Source: a virus
Strand: one strand, 5' to 3'
Virus record (IMG/VR): IMGVR_UViG_3300045988_180880
Location: 256,001-320,000 of that record
DNA: 64,000 bases
Within the stretch, counting starts at the first letter, position 1. Each line of letters begins with the position of its first letter. This document shows positions 1 to 9,718 of the stretch, piece by piece. The position numbers and the translations under genes are program-made. Below the pieces are notes generated by a model. That model did not search any database. It was not told the DNA's origin and saw only the letters and a list, made by a program, of their open reading frames with translations.

Positions 1-3
1 TTA

Positions 4-252
4 TTATTTATTATCATTTATAAGGCTTTCAGGGTTCTCTTTTTCCTTCTCTTCGAGATATTCTATAACTCTCCAAAGAACATAATAAGTCAATACCGCT
101 AAAGAAAATACTATTAAGATAGCAAGAGTAATCTTTATATTTTTTATTTCACTATTTAATGAAAAGAAAGCAACTAAATCAACTGGAATTAAATAAAATA
201 ATATTGTTGCTTTTATTTCTTCTCTTACGATTTCTCTAATTTTCTTTTTCAT
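4..252 (-). CDS. small hypothetical membrane protein
   Basis: 82-aa ORF with two hydrophobic helices (FYLIPVDLVAFF, ILIVFSLAVLTYYVLW). No recognisable domain. Confidence 0.4.
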   Translation of the reverse strand: MKKKIREIVREEIKATILFYLIPVDLVAFFSLNSEIKNIKITLAILIVFSLAVLTYYVLWRVIEYLEEKEKENPESLINDNK

Positions 253-289
253 AATTTTCTATTTAAATTTTAGTTTTACATAAATAAGG

Positions 290-1687
290 TTGTCAATCCC
301 TTATATTTGCAATGAAAATTTAATTTTATATATTATGGTAAATAGCGAAAATTTTATTATTCCAAAGAAAATTAACGTCGGATATCAAGAGAGATCTGAC
401 TGTTATACTAAAAAACTTGGATTCATTACTTACACAGACTCTTCGACAGGGATTTTGAAAAAAGAAAAATCTTGGAATTCTTGGAGAGATCATAAAATCA
501 AAGATGATGAATTTGAGAATGTTCCGATGGAAGGTTTTATAGTGAATCGTTCTGTTGGTGGTGGAAAAGTAGGTTGGAATTATAGACAAGCTTATTGTAG
601 AATTTGGGATCCAAGGGGGTTTGAGATTGAAATAGGAATTGATAATTTCTTATGGATATTAGATTATTGTGATAGCTTGGCTGGAAAGAAAATAATCGGA
701 AAATGTGTTTATTCTTGGATAGGGACAGAATTAGTTCTCCTTCCGATTAATACAGAGGAATATAGAATTTCTTCTGAGATAATGAAGAAACGAGAAGTAA
801 TAACAAAAGATCTTAAACCCGCCGAACTTAAACCTGGATCTTTATACAAACTTAAAAAACTACCTTGGAAATATTCAGGAATTTCTAAAAACTATGAAGA
901 AAGGAAAGCAATATTTATTGGAGAAGCTAAGTTTGGAAAAGAACTAGGGAAGAAATATGAAACTAAACTTTTATTTTATGATCCAGGGAGTATAGAAAAA
1001 GAGGATTTTGTATTCACTGAAAGTATTAAAAGTGTAGAATTCGAAGTTTGTCCTAGGGTATTATCAGATGGAGAGATTAAAGAAATCATGGATCGTTTTG
1101 AAATGACAGCTTATTCTTGGAAATTCTGGAATAGCCCTATAGGATTTATTGAAGAATTTTATCGTCAAGATTCAGCCTTAGAGAGTCGATTAAAGAATGA
1201 TCATGAAGCTGCTGAGAAGAAATGTCATGTTTATATAGATGATCTTGGAAAAACTATTAATTTCTATAAATCATATATTCAATACTACAATGATAATTCA
1301 GGATATACCTATAGTAGTTATATCAGGACAAAGAATATTTCAGACAAATATTTATCTTATAAGTTTGATTTTTCTGGTGGTAATATAAAAGTTTCTGAAA
1401 AAATTTTAGACTTGGGAAAAATCTTTAATGAATATTGGAATTATTATGGATTTAGAACAGTTCCATTGAATAAAACAGTATATCCAGAAGCTACAGAAGA
1501 AGATTGGATTAATTTAGGTGAGAATTTAAAAAATTCGGAAGAAATTCCTAAGACTTATATATTTTATAAGACAATATCTGGATATTATTCAGAATCCCTT
1601 CAAAAAGTTCTTTCTCAAGAAGCAATAACCTCTGGAAAGTCCTTAGTTAGATCAGATCTTATTATTTATCTTCCTATTAAAAAATGA
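290..1687 (+). CDS. hypothetical protein (465 aa)
   Basis: Long uninterrupted ORF. TTG at 290; first in-frame ATG at 335. Stop overlaps the next start (ATGA at 1684). Confidence 0.6.
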   Translation: MSIPYICNENLILYIMVNSENFIIPKKINVGYQERSDCYTKKLGFITYTDSSTGILKKEKSWNSWRDHKIKDDEFENVPMEGFIVNRSVGGGKVGWNYRQAYCRIWDPRGFEIEIGIDNFLWILDYCDSLAGKKIIGKCVYSWIGTELVLLPINTEEYRISSEIMKKREVITKDLKPAELKPGSLYKLKKLPWKYSGISKNYEERKAIFIGEAKFGKELGKKYETKLLFYDPGSIEKEDFVFTESIKSVEFEVCPRVLSDGEIKEIMDRFEMTAYSWKFWNSPIGFIEEFYRQDSALESRLKNDHEAAEKKCHVYIDDLGKTINFYKSYIQYYNDNSGYTYSSYIRTKNISDKYLSYKFDFSGGNIKVSEKILDLGKIFNEYWNYYGFRTVPLNKTVYPEATEEDWINLGENLKNSEEIPKTYIFYKTISGYYSESLQKVLSQEAITSGKSLVRSDLIIYLPIKK

Positions 1688-2196
1688 AAAAACCAAAACT
1701 ATATTGTTACAGTCATACAGAATTTGATATGATGTGCAGTTCTTGTGGGTGGAATGATGATAATCTTCCGAGTAATAGTTGTTTTATATCTATCATTGGG
1801 ACTCCTGAATGTCAAAAATATTATTTAGAAGAGGATGAATTACATTGGTTTAAGAAAGATAATTCCTCGGTTGTATTAAATCTAGAGTTTGATGATATAC
1901 CTTCTCAAGAAATAGAATGGAAAGGTCATAAATTTTTAGGAATAACTCAAGAACAGGCAGCCGAAGTAGTAGATTTTATAGAGTCGAATCTAGGAAAAGA
2001 CATATATGTTCATTGTAAGGCTGGAAGATCAAGATCTCAGGGAGTAGTTAGATTTATTCTTGATATGTACCCTGAGATTTATGATGAATCTTGTACTCGG
2101 CCGGAAAATAAATGTGTCTCTCCTAATATATATGTAGTTGGAGAACTTAAACGGGCTTATTATAAAAAACATGAATTATATGAAACAGATAATTAA
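1684..2196 (+). CDS. protein-tyrosine / dual-specificity phosphatase-like protein
   Basis: Canonical CX5R P-loop, VHCKAGRSRSQGV (HCxxGxxRS). Confidence 0.7.
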   Translation: MKKPKLYCYSHTEFDMMCSSCGWNDDNLPSNSCFISIIGTPECQKYYLEEDELHWFKKDNSSVVLNLEFDDIPSQEIEWKGHKFLGITQEQAAEVVDFIESNLGKDIYVHCKAGRSRSQGVVRFILDMYPEIYDESCTRPENKCVSPNIYVVGELKRAYYKKHELYETDN

Positions 2197-2587
2197 AAAC
2201 GTTAGAGATTGTTATAACCACATCCCCTATACTTGGAAACATTGGATTGCATTTATGAAAACAGAGAAAAAACTTCTTGGATATCATTCACACTGGTTTC
2301 ATGATTGGGATAAGTTGATACTATTTATATTCTTTCCATTCCTAGGTGAGAAAATAATAAATAATTTTCATCGACAAATTCAATCTCATCATCCAACTTA
2401 CTATGAAGATGATATTTTATTTAGAAAATGTCCAGTTGAAGTAGATTGGGTAGAAGCTGTGATTGATTGGGAATGTGCTCGAATAACAAAACCTGATAAA
2501 CCACTTAATGCTAGACAAACTCTTGAGAAATACTACCCACAATATAGAGAATTTGTTGAACCAATTTTAAAAGAGTTTGAATTATGA
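2171..2587 (+). CDS. hypothetical protein
   Basis: ORF track starts at TTG 2138; first in-frame ATG is 2171. Stop overlaps the next start (ATGA at 2584). Confidence 0.5.
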   Translation: MNYMKQIIKNVRDCYNHIPYTWKHWIAFMKTEKKLLGYHSHWFHDWDKLILFIFFPFLGEKIINNFHRQIQSHHPTYYEDDILFRKCPVEVDWVEAVIDWECARITKPDKPLNARQTLEKYYPQYREFVEPILKEFEL

Positions 2588-3033
2588 TAGCATTTTATAT
2601 TGGAATTATAGTATTAATAATATTATACTGTATAATAAAATCTGATATTGATACAAAAGGTTTTATAATAGGAACTTCTCAGTATACTCCAGAGAGAATA
2701 ATAAAAATAGAGAAATATTTTCTCTCTGATCCAAGTACTAGAAAAACAGAAAGGAATTGGGACAGAAGTATTATTTTAGTAAAACCAATAGATGATAATA
2801 AAGAAGGTAAATGGAAGAAAGATGATATCTTAATCTTCAGAAAATATATTGGACAATCAATAAAAAAGAAATACATTATTTTACAAAATCGAAGAAAAGA
2901 AAAGAGGATAGCTTATTGTACAGCTGAATCTCCTGGTTTTCCTCCGATTTTTGATGGCCCAGAAACTTTAATAGAATATGAAATTATTGGAGTTCTTGAG
3001 TCATCCTATACACCTCTAAAGTCTTATAATTGA
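2584..3033 (+). CDS. hypothetical N-terminally anchored protein
   Basis: N-terminal hydrophobic helix MIAFYIGIIVLIILYCII. No motif recognised. Confidence 0.5.
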   Translation: MIAFYIGIIVLIILYCIIKSDIDTKGFIIGTSQYTPERIIKIEKYFLSDPSTRKTERNWDRSIILVKPIDDNKEGKWKKDDILIFRKYIGQSIKKKYIILQNRRKEKRIAYCTAESPGFPPIFDGPETLIEYEIIGVLESSYTPLKSYN

Positions 3034-3075
3034 AGAAAAAATATAATTCTTTATAAATGGTATTAATTTTTATGA

Positions 3076-3109
3076 AAACCCTACCTGTTCGTGATGAATG
3101 GGTAGGTTT
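3076..3109. terminator. bidirectional hairpin terminator between convergent genes
   Basis: AAACCCTACC...GGTAGGTTT stem followed by a T-run. A second hairpin, GGAGC/GCTCC, lies at about 3141-3160. Confidence 0.6.
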
Positions 3110-3165
3110 ATTTTTCTTCAAAAAAGAATGATAGAAAAAGGAGCTTCTACGCTCCTTTAATTTTT

Positions 3166-5394
3166 TTAAAACTTATTTAATATTTTTTCATACCAATTCT
3201 TTCCTTCTTCGAGTTTAGATGATACATATTTATCAGTTAGCTTGTTTCCATACTTAATAACAAAATCTCTAAACTCATCAGAATTCATAGATCCATTCTC
3301 TCCAAGATATAATGCAACTACTTTTAATAACTCTTTTTCGTCTTTCAAGATATTCACTACATCTTGTCTAAGTTCTGAAAATCTATGAGCTACCATTTCG
3401 TTAAGATATCCATTATATTCTTTATAAGGATGTTTGACATATAAACCTTCATTATCTAAGAATCCAGAAGGTATACCACCTGTACTTTCTTCTGTTAAAT
3501 GATTCGTATATGAATAAGGTTCAAAATACCCACATCTATAAGCCATCTCAGAGAAAAAATCCCATGCGTTTTCAATATCACTTCCAGAACCCATTAAACA
3601 CTTCTCTGGATATTTTCCATAAACTAGATTCTCAGCTTCATAACCAGCGAGACATATCCTAACCTCTGAATCAACATCTCCTCGACTATCAATTTCTCCT
3701 TCTTTTTTTGGATCATAAGTATTACAAAATCCTCCATCTCCGGTAGCGACAGAAACTATATTAACTGGATAAACACCAGTCTCATGTAAGGCTACTATTG
3801 CATGTCCAGCTTCATGTACAGAATTTATAAATCTTGTTAATCTTCTCTCTGGATTCCTTAATTCTCCAAGTTGTAATGGAATTTCTATATTTACTGTTTT
3901 TCTTGATTCGCCAAAAATAATACTTAGTGACGTTTTATCTATTTTTAATTTCTTTTCTGTAAGATCTGTTTCCTTAGTAAGAGTTATCATCACTTCTTTA
4001 TCTTCAGCGATACGATTAATTAAAATATCACTTAGAAGAGGAGTTAATAGAGTTCCAATAGTAGTATAAACCGGTCTTACACCTTGTACTGGAAATACTC
4101 CCTCTGAATACATAAGATCAATTATATTTTCAGCATAATTAATTTTTATTCCTTCAGTTTCTAAAAATTTATCTGCTATTCTAGATAATTCTTTTTTAAT
4201 AATCTTAATAAAATGTTCTTTCTTTAGTGTCGGATATTTTATTAAATTATTTCCAAGTCTAGCTATCTGTTCTGCTCTAAATCTTTGTTTGAGAGCTTCC
4301 TTAATATCTGAAATTGATACTTTACTTGTTTTATCATAGAAAGTATTAGCATCCATATCTGGATCTAAATCAGATTCTACTTTAAAAGCCTCATCTAAAT
4401 TTCCAAGAATAAATACTAATGATCTTGAACAATCTAATTCTTTCGGTTTAGATATAATTATAGAAACTTTTTCAAGAATATGACTAAATTCAGATATATT
4501 TTTAGAGTTATTTAAATTAGTGATTATTTCATACCCGTATCTAGGTTTATAAGCATTGAGTTTTTTTACAATTGTTCTCATATCTCTATCTTCCAAAAGT
4601 CTAAGAGGTCTAAATATATCTTCTTCCTCATCTTCATCATCACTAGTCTTTATGAAGGGTTTTGATACTTTTACTTTAGCAGAATCATCACCATTTAGAA
4701 GCTCTGTTACATTTCTTCCATAATAGAATAATCCAAGATTTTCTAAAACTGTCTTAACTTCTTCTCTAGAGGTTACTTTTCCAGAATCTAATTTTATTTC
4801 TGGATGTTCTTTAGAAAATTGTTTAAAATCTTCTACAAAATTTCCGAAATGTGTTATATCATATCTATACTCTGAAACACTAACTTTTCCATTATCTATA
4901 ATATTCCAAATTGGTCGAAGAGGAGATTTAAGAAGTTCACAACCATTTTCATCTATGGTTCTTGCATATTGAAACTCATCAAATACAAAAACTGCATCTC
5001 CAAGTTTATTTTCCCCTGATGAATTAAGAGAATCAAAATCGTCTTCAATATCAAATACTTCTTCTATTTTATCTGCAATACTTCCTGAAGATGATTCATT
5101 TGCTTCAAGACCACAATCAAAGAAAGCTGTTTTCCCAGTAAGACCAAGAAGTTGAACTAATCTCCGAACTACGCTTGTTTTTCCAGTTCCAGTTAATCCC
5201 CATAATGAAATAACAACTGGTCTCTCTATTATTTCTGGAGTTATATACCAAGGAATTATAGATTTTTTTATATTATCTATAATATCATCTAATCCTACAA
5301 ATTCTGATTTCAATATTGCTACAGCTTCATCTAATTTTTCTTGACGAAGCTCTTTTGTTTTTGGAATTGTCAGGTTTTCTAAATTTTTCTTCAT
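3166..5394 (-). CDS. AAA+ ATPase fused to an FtsH-type (M41) zinc-metalloprotease domain, no transmembrane segment
   Basis: Walker A GLTGTGKTS, Walker B VFVFDEFQ, and a C-terminal HEAGHAIVA (HEXXH identical to the FtsH active site). No hydrophobic N-terminus. Confidence 0.7.
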   Translation of the reverse strand: MKKNLENLTIPKTKELRQEKLDEAVAILKSEFVGLDDIIDNIKKSIIPWYITPEIIERPVVISLWGLTGTGKTSVVRRLVQLLGLTGKTAFFDCGLEANESSSGSIADKIEEVFDIEDDFDSLNSSGENKLGDAVFVFDEFQYARTIDENGCELLKSPLRPIWNIIDNGKVSVSEYRYDITHFGNFVEDFKQFSKEHPEIKLDSGKVTSREEVKTVLENLGLFYYGRNVTELLNGDDSAKVKVSKPFIKTSDDEDEEEDIFRPLRLLEDRDMRTIVKKLNAYKPRYGYEIITNLNNSKNISEFSHILEKVSIIISKPKELDCSRSLVFILGNLDEAFKVESDLDPDMDANTFYDKTSKVSISDIKEALKQRFRAEQIARLGNNLIKYPTLKKEHFIKIIKKELSRIADKFLETEGIKINYAENIIDLMYSEGVFPVQGVRPVYTTIGTLLTPLLSDILINRIAEDKEVMITLTKETDLTEKKLKIDKTSLSIIFGESRKTVNIEIPLQLGELRNPERRLTRFINSVHEAGHAIVALHETGVYPVNIVSVATGDGGFCNTYDPKKEGEIDSRGDVDSEVRICLAGYEAENLVYGKYPEKCLMGSGSDIENAWDFFSEMAYRCGYFEPYSYTNHLTEESTGGIPSGFLDNEGLYVKHPYKEYNGYLNEMVAHRFSELRQDVVNILKDEKELLKVVALYLGENGSMNSDEFRDFVIKYGNKLTDKYVSSKLEEGKNWYEKILNKF

Positions 5395-5457
5395 ATTATA
5401 AGTTTTATATAATCTACATGTATAAGGATTAGAGGTTGAAAGAGGAGAAAAATAAAG

Positions 5458-5478
5458 AAAGGGATTATATTTCCCTTT
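5458..5478 (-). terminator. hairpin terminator downstream of 5492..5953
   Basis: AAAGGGA/TCCCTTT stem followed on the minus strand by a T-rich run. Confidence 0.5.
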
Positions 5479-5491
5479 CTATTGTTGCTTA

Positions 5492-5953
5492 TTAGTATTC
5501 AGGTATTACTTTCACTCCTTTTCTATTACTAATTCTTGGAGTGGTAATATTATAGAACATTGTGCTTCTGTTCATCTTTTTATAATATCTGCCCCAGTAT
5601 CCATATTCTCTTATTAATATCTCCAATTCTCTTCTATTCTTTGGAGCTTTAGATAACCAATTATAATTTACTACATTAATTATCAATCTCCAAGTAAAAG
5701 ATTGGAAAAATTCATCTGGCTTTTTAATATCTGGATCTTTTAAACAATCATCCAGAATATCTACAATAATTTCCTTAATAGGCTCAACACCATTCACGAT
5801 TTTTGTTCTACTTGAATCTAAAGATAACTGGGATCTTTTTTCTTCTCCTTTTCTTTCATTTTCCTTACCAGTTTTCTCACTAGATTTCAAGGGCTCACTT
5901 GGACGGATTCCTATTATCCACCCAAGGACTTCTGTTAAACTCTTGAGTCTCAT
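5492..5953 (-). CDS. hypothetical protein
   Basis: 153-aa ORF co-oriented with its neighbours. No motif recognised. Confidence 0.5.
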   Translation of the reverse strand: MRLKSLTEVLGWIIGIRPSEPLKSSEKTGKENERKGEEKRSQLSLDSSRTKIVNGVEPIKEIIVDILDDCLKDPDIKKPDEFFQSFTWRLIINVVNYNWLSKAPKNRRELEILIREYGYWGRYYKKMNRSTMFYNITTPRISNRKGVKVIPEY

Positions 5954-5956
5954 AGT

Positions 5957-6424
5957 TCAAATCCTTTTTAAGTAGTTAAACAATTTATATATAGAATATA
6001 GAAATACTATAATAATTGCTAATAATCTTAATAAAATCTCTACATTATTGATCTCAGGTACATATTTCATAAACAATGCCAATCCAATTAAACTTCCTAT
6101 GATTGGTAATACATATTTACAAATTAATAATCCTGTATTCAATGATTTAACTACCCAAAGCAAACCTTCATTTTTAATTCCCCATAATTTTCCTAGATTA
6201 AACATCGCATCTTGACCGTACTTATAAATCCAGAATATTTTTTCTATTCCTAATATAAGTGCTCCAATAAAACATAATGCCATATATATTCCTAGGTGTG
6301 TCATATTACCTGGGGAGGTAACTTTGAACACGTAAATTAAGTAGATACATAAAAAGTAATAAGCAATACTTCTTATACTAAATGTTAATTCAAATTTTTC
6401 ATTTAATTTATTTTTCTTTGTCAT
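5957..6424 (-). CDS. multi-pass membrane protein (hypothetical)
   Basis: 155-aa ORF with at least 4 hydrophobic helices. Confidence 0.5.
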   Translation of the reverse strand: MTKKNKLNEKFELTFSIRSIAYYFLCIYLIYVFKVTSPGNMTHLGIYMALCFIGALILGIEKIFWIYKYGQDAMFNLGKLWGIKNEGLLWVVKSLNTGLLICKYVLPIIGSLIGLALFMKYVPEINNVEILLRLLAIIIVFLYSIYKLFNYLKRI

Positions 6425-6611
6425 AATTCTTTTGTTATTGTCTTAAGGTTTTTCTGACACTATAGATAATAAATCATAGTGGCACCCTACTCCGAGAGAA
6501 AGCATAACATATAGGAACGCTCATCTCTCATTGCTACATTTAGTTTCACAACTTTAGTGCTAGTTGTCTTCTACACCGCGAAGAGGTAGTAGTTTCGTAG
6601 AAGAAAAAATA

Positions 6612-6746
6612 CTAGGGATATATAAAATCAAACTCTAAGTATTATTTAGTTAATAAATTTTTACTATTCTATCATAAATACATATATGCGCACTAACGTA
6701 TTTAATTAAAAATTTATTAAAGTCTATTTGATTTTATATTCCCTAG
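6612..6746. repeat. imperfect palindrome of about 135 bp inside a 570-bp ORF-free gap
   Basis: CTAGGGATATATAAAATCAAA ... TTTGATTTTATATTCCCTAG, plus inner arms TAATAAATTTTTA / TAAAAATTTATTA. Confidence 0.7.
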
Positions 6747-6996
6747 TGAACTTTACCTGTTTACCTCGAGAAGATTATACTTTTCGATCTTGATACTCTG
6801 GAAATTGTTACAGTGATCAATTAATTTATACTCATAATTATAATTAGAAGTAACTAATAACATAAGCCAGTTATATCCAAATAAAATTCAATTATTTATT
6901 ATTATATTAATAAGTAGTCTCCGATCAGTACCATATTTTCATCTGATCTTTACTACATATATAAGAATTTGAAGGTTTCTGAGGTATCTTATTTTT

Positions 6997-8008
6997 TTAT
7001 TCATCTAATCTTTCTTGCTTAGACTTCTTAGATATCTCTTCCTCATCCAAATCTCCATAAACTTCCGGAAGCCATCTTTTTAAAATACTGGGAATCAAAT
7101 CATTTCTCACAACATCCTCTAGACCAAATTCAACAATACCTATTTCATCCATATCAGATAATTTTTCCACAGCATATTGTAATCCTTTTTGATTTTTCCC
7201 TGATTTTAAAGAACTCGAATCTAATTGCATTTCATCAGAATTAAAGATATATTTAGAATTAGTTCCTATTCTAGTTAATATCTTAAGAAAAGTATCTCGA
7301 CTGAAGTTCTGGCTCTCAGATATTAAAACAATTGAAGAATCAATATTGTTTCCCCTAAGAAACTGGCTGCCTTTCACTTCTATTTTACCAGCATCTACTA
7401 ACTTTTGAACAATTTCTTTTCCATTTTTTCCTGAAGCATTAAATATCTTCTCCATCGTATAAAAATCTGCTTCTTTATACGGCGCGAGCTTTTCTTGCAA
7501 ATCTCCGCGAAGATCGAATAGGCCTATATTAATTATATAGACTACTAGACTATATCTTAAAAGCGTTTTTATTTTCTTTTCTTCACACATAGTCGTTGAG
7601 AAACTATTTAGGTTAATCTAATTAATAGTTTTTGCTGATTATACTTTAATTTCCAGCATTTCTTGAAGTTTTCCTAAGTTTTATACACCTAGGGGACAAT
7701 CTAACTTATCCAATATTTTCGTCAGGATTAGTAGCTACAGGATAAATAAATACTATTTTTTCATAACCATTATCAGGATTTTTTAATAAATCAAGGGCAG
7801 CGTAAACAGAAACGTATGATTTTCCAGAACCGGCAGGACCCTTAACTATTGTAATTTCGTGATCATAAATAGATTTAAGAAATTCTTTTTGATGCTTAGT
7901 TTTGCATTTAAAATTAATTTTAAAATTCAAAATACTATCTCTTTCTTTTCGAATTAGATCAAGTTCTTCATCTACACTTGATTTAGTAACAGCTTTCTTT
8001 TTAGCCAT
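6997..8008 (-). CDS. phoH: PhoH-like ATPase, 2 exons
   Basis: join(8008..7708,7514..6997) on the minus strand. Exon 1 carries Walker A GPAGSGKS. Exon 2 carries IVLISESQN (Walker B), TRIG and DVVRN. The splice restores ENIG-YLRGDLQEKLAPY, matching the E. coli PhoH block ERLGFLPGDLSQKVDPY with identical spacing. Confidence 0.85.
7515..7707 (-). ncRNA. ORF-less mini group I intron (class A, 193 nt) in phoH
   Basis: P1 pairs exon GGAU with guide GUCC (U.G at the 5' splice site). P2 CCUAGG/CUUAGG, P3 CUUCA/UGAAG. Core blocks: P AAAUGCUGGAAA, Q AAUCAGCA, R UCAACGACUA, S AAGAUAUAGUC. The intron ends in G. Confidence 0.85.
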
Positions 8009-8017
8009 AGAGTTTAA

Positions 8018-9112
8018 TTATTTTTTATTAATACCAACACTAGATATCTCGGATACAACCTGACATCTAGAATATTTAAAGTCTTCTAGGTCATAGGAAT
8101 TTGTATATGACATTGCTGATCTAAGATAGGAATCCATGTTTTTTGCCCACCCTGCTAATGTATATTCAATTTCTAAGACCACGCTTTTTCCTTCTGAAGT
8201 TTTTAATTTTTCTCTGTCTACGGTTTCTATTGATTTTCCTAAGATTTCTGCTTGTGCTCGTTTAGTTGACATTCCATAATACTCTCGATAAAATTTCTCT
8301 CCTCTGGTTATATCTATACTTTCTGGAAGGGATTCATAATATTCGCCGTAATATTCTCTTAGCACTGGACCGGCCGCTTCTAATGCTTTTCCAAATGTAC
8401 TTCCCATCATAACATAATCTGCTCCAAGTGCTAAGCATTTAATTACGGCCGAAAAAGTGCTAATTCCTCCATCGGCGATAATTTTTGTACGCCCTGAACA
8501 TTCTATCTTAACCTGAAAAGTATCATTAATCAGAGAACCCATAGGATAATGAATACCAGTCTGAGTAGAAGTAATACAACCAGCTCCACCACCTATACCT
8601 ACTCTAAGATAATCAAATCCAGCTTTATCATACAATTTATAGGTCTTAGGGTTAGCTATATTTCCACCCATGATTTTTATTAATGTTCCATATAATTCTC
8701 TAAGAGTTCGACCAAGTTCTATCTGACTCTCCATATGTCCATTAGCTATATCAATTAAGACATATAATCCAGATCCTGTACTTTGTTGATGCTGTTTTAT
8801 AAAATTTTCTTCAATCTCTTTCATAGAAAAAGCACAAAATACTTCAGAACATAATTTGAGTCTTTCAGAAAGAGGTACATTTCTGGGGATAATACATGAA
8901 ATTAGATTATCATGAAAAGTTTTATAATTTTTTGGACTAACCACTGATGCCATAGGTGCTGCAATAACTGGAAGGAATTTGCTATCTTCTCTGCCATCTA
9001 TTCTAGGAACCCATGGAATACATTGAGATCTACTATTTATTCTTGTTACTACTTCTGGAATGATTGTTATCTCTTCAAGTGAATACAAAATAGTTGGTTT
9101 ATTTTCTAACAT
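8018..9112 (-). CDS. IMPDH/GMP-reductase-family oxidoreductase (GuaC-like)
   Basis: TIM-barrel motifs: catalytic-Cys loop GIGGGAGCITSTQTGIHYP, phosphate-binding IADGGI and GADYVMMGS. No CBS insert. Confidence 0.7.
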   Translation of the reverse strand: MLENKPTILYSLEEITIIPEVVTRINSRSQCIPWVPRIDGREDSKFLPVIAAPMASVVSPKNYKTFHDNLISCIIPRNVPLSERLKLCSEVFCAFSMKEIEENFIKQHQQSTGSGLYVLIDIANGHMESQIELGRTLRELYGTLIKIMGGNIANPKTYKLYDKAGFDYLRVGIGGGAGCITSTQTGIHYPMGSLINDTFQVKIECSGRTKIIADGGISTFSAVIKCLALGADYVMMGSTFGKALEAAGPVLREYYGEYYESLPESIDITRGEKFYREYYGMSTKRAQAEILGKSIETVDREKLKTSEGKSVVLEIEYTLAGWAKNMDSYLRSAMSYTNSYDLEDFKYSRCQVVSEISSVGINKK

Positions 9113-9216
9113 AATTTTATATTAATTTTGGTTTCATATATAAAGCAATTAAGGCATGGGGAGAGCAAAAAGTAAATAACCTTAAGGAATTTCTCTTCCC
9201 TAAGGTTTATCTTACA

Positions 9217-9639
9217 TTACTTTTTTATCTCAATGTCCCAAGAAATAAATAAATATGTACTATTCTTAAATTCTGGAACTCTTTCTTTGTCAAGATAAAA
9301 AGTTTTAAATCCTTTTTCTGTATAGTGAGTTTTTATTAAGTCATAGAGATCTCTTTGATCATCCGGAACAATCAATGCTAATAATCTTTCTTTATGACTA
9401 AATTGAAGCTTACTTGTTATTTGTTCTTCAATTTCTTTAATCTTTTTCTTAGCAATTTCTTCTAGGCTAGAATACCCCTGAAGATTAAACCTGCTAATAA
9501 TATTAGCTTGATCTGCTGTTAATTCTTTCTTTTTTCCGATTGTCATAATTTTTTCTTTAAGTCTTAATAAACTTTTAATCATCCTCACACTATCTTCATC
9601 TTGTTTTTCTAGTACTTTACTTACCGTTATTTCTTTCAT
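9217..9639 (-). CDS. hypothetical protein
   Basis: 140-aa ORF. No motif recognised. Confidence 0.5.
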   Translation of the reverse strand: MKEITVSKVLEKQDEDSVRMIKSLLRLKEKIMTIGKKKELTADQANIISRFNLQGYSSLEEIAKKKIKEIEEQITSKLQFSHKERLLALIVPDDQRDLYDLIKTHYTEKGFKTFYLDKERVPEFKNSTYLFISWDIEIKK

Positions 9640-9718
9640 AACTTTTAAGTTTTTTTATTGTTTACACCTATAAGGAATTCAATGGTTCTTAAGATTCTTA
9701 TATATGATAATAAAATAA

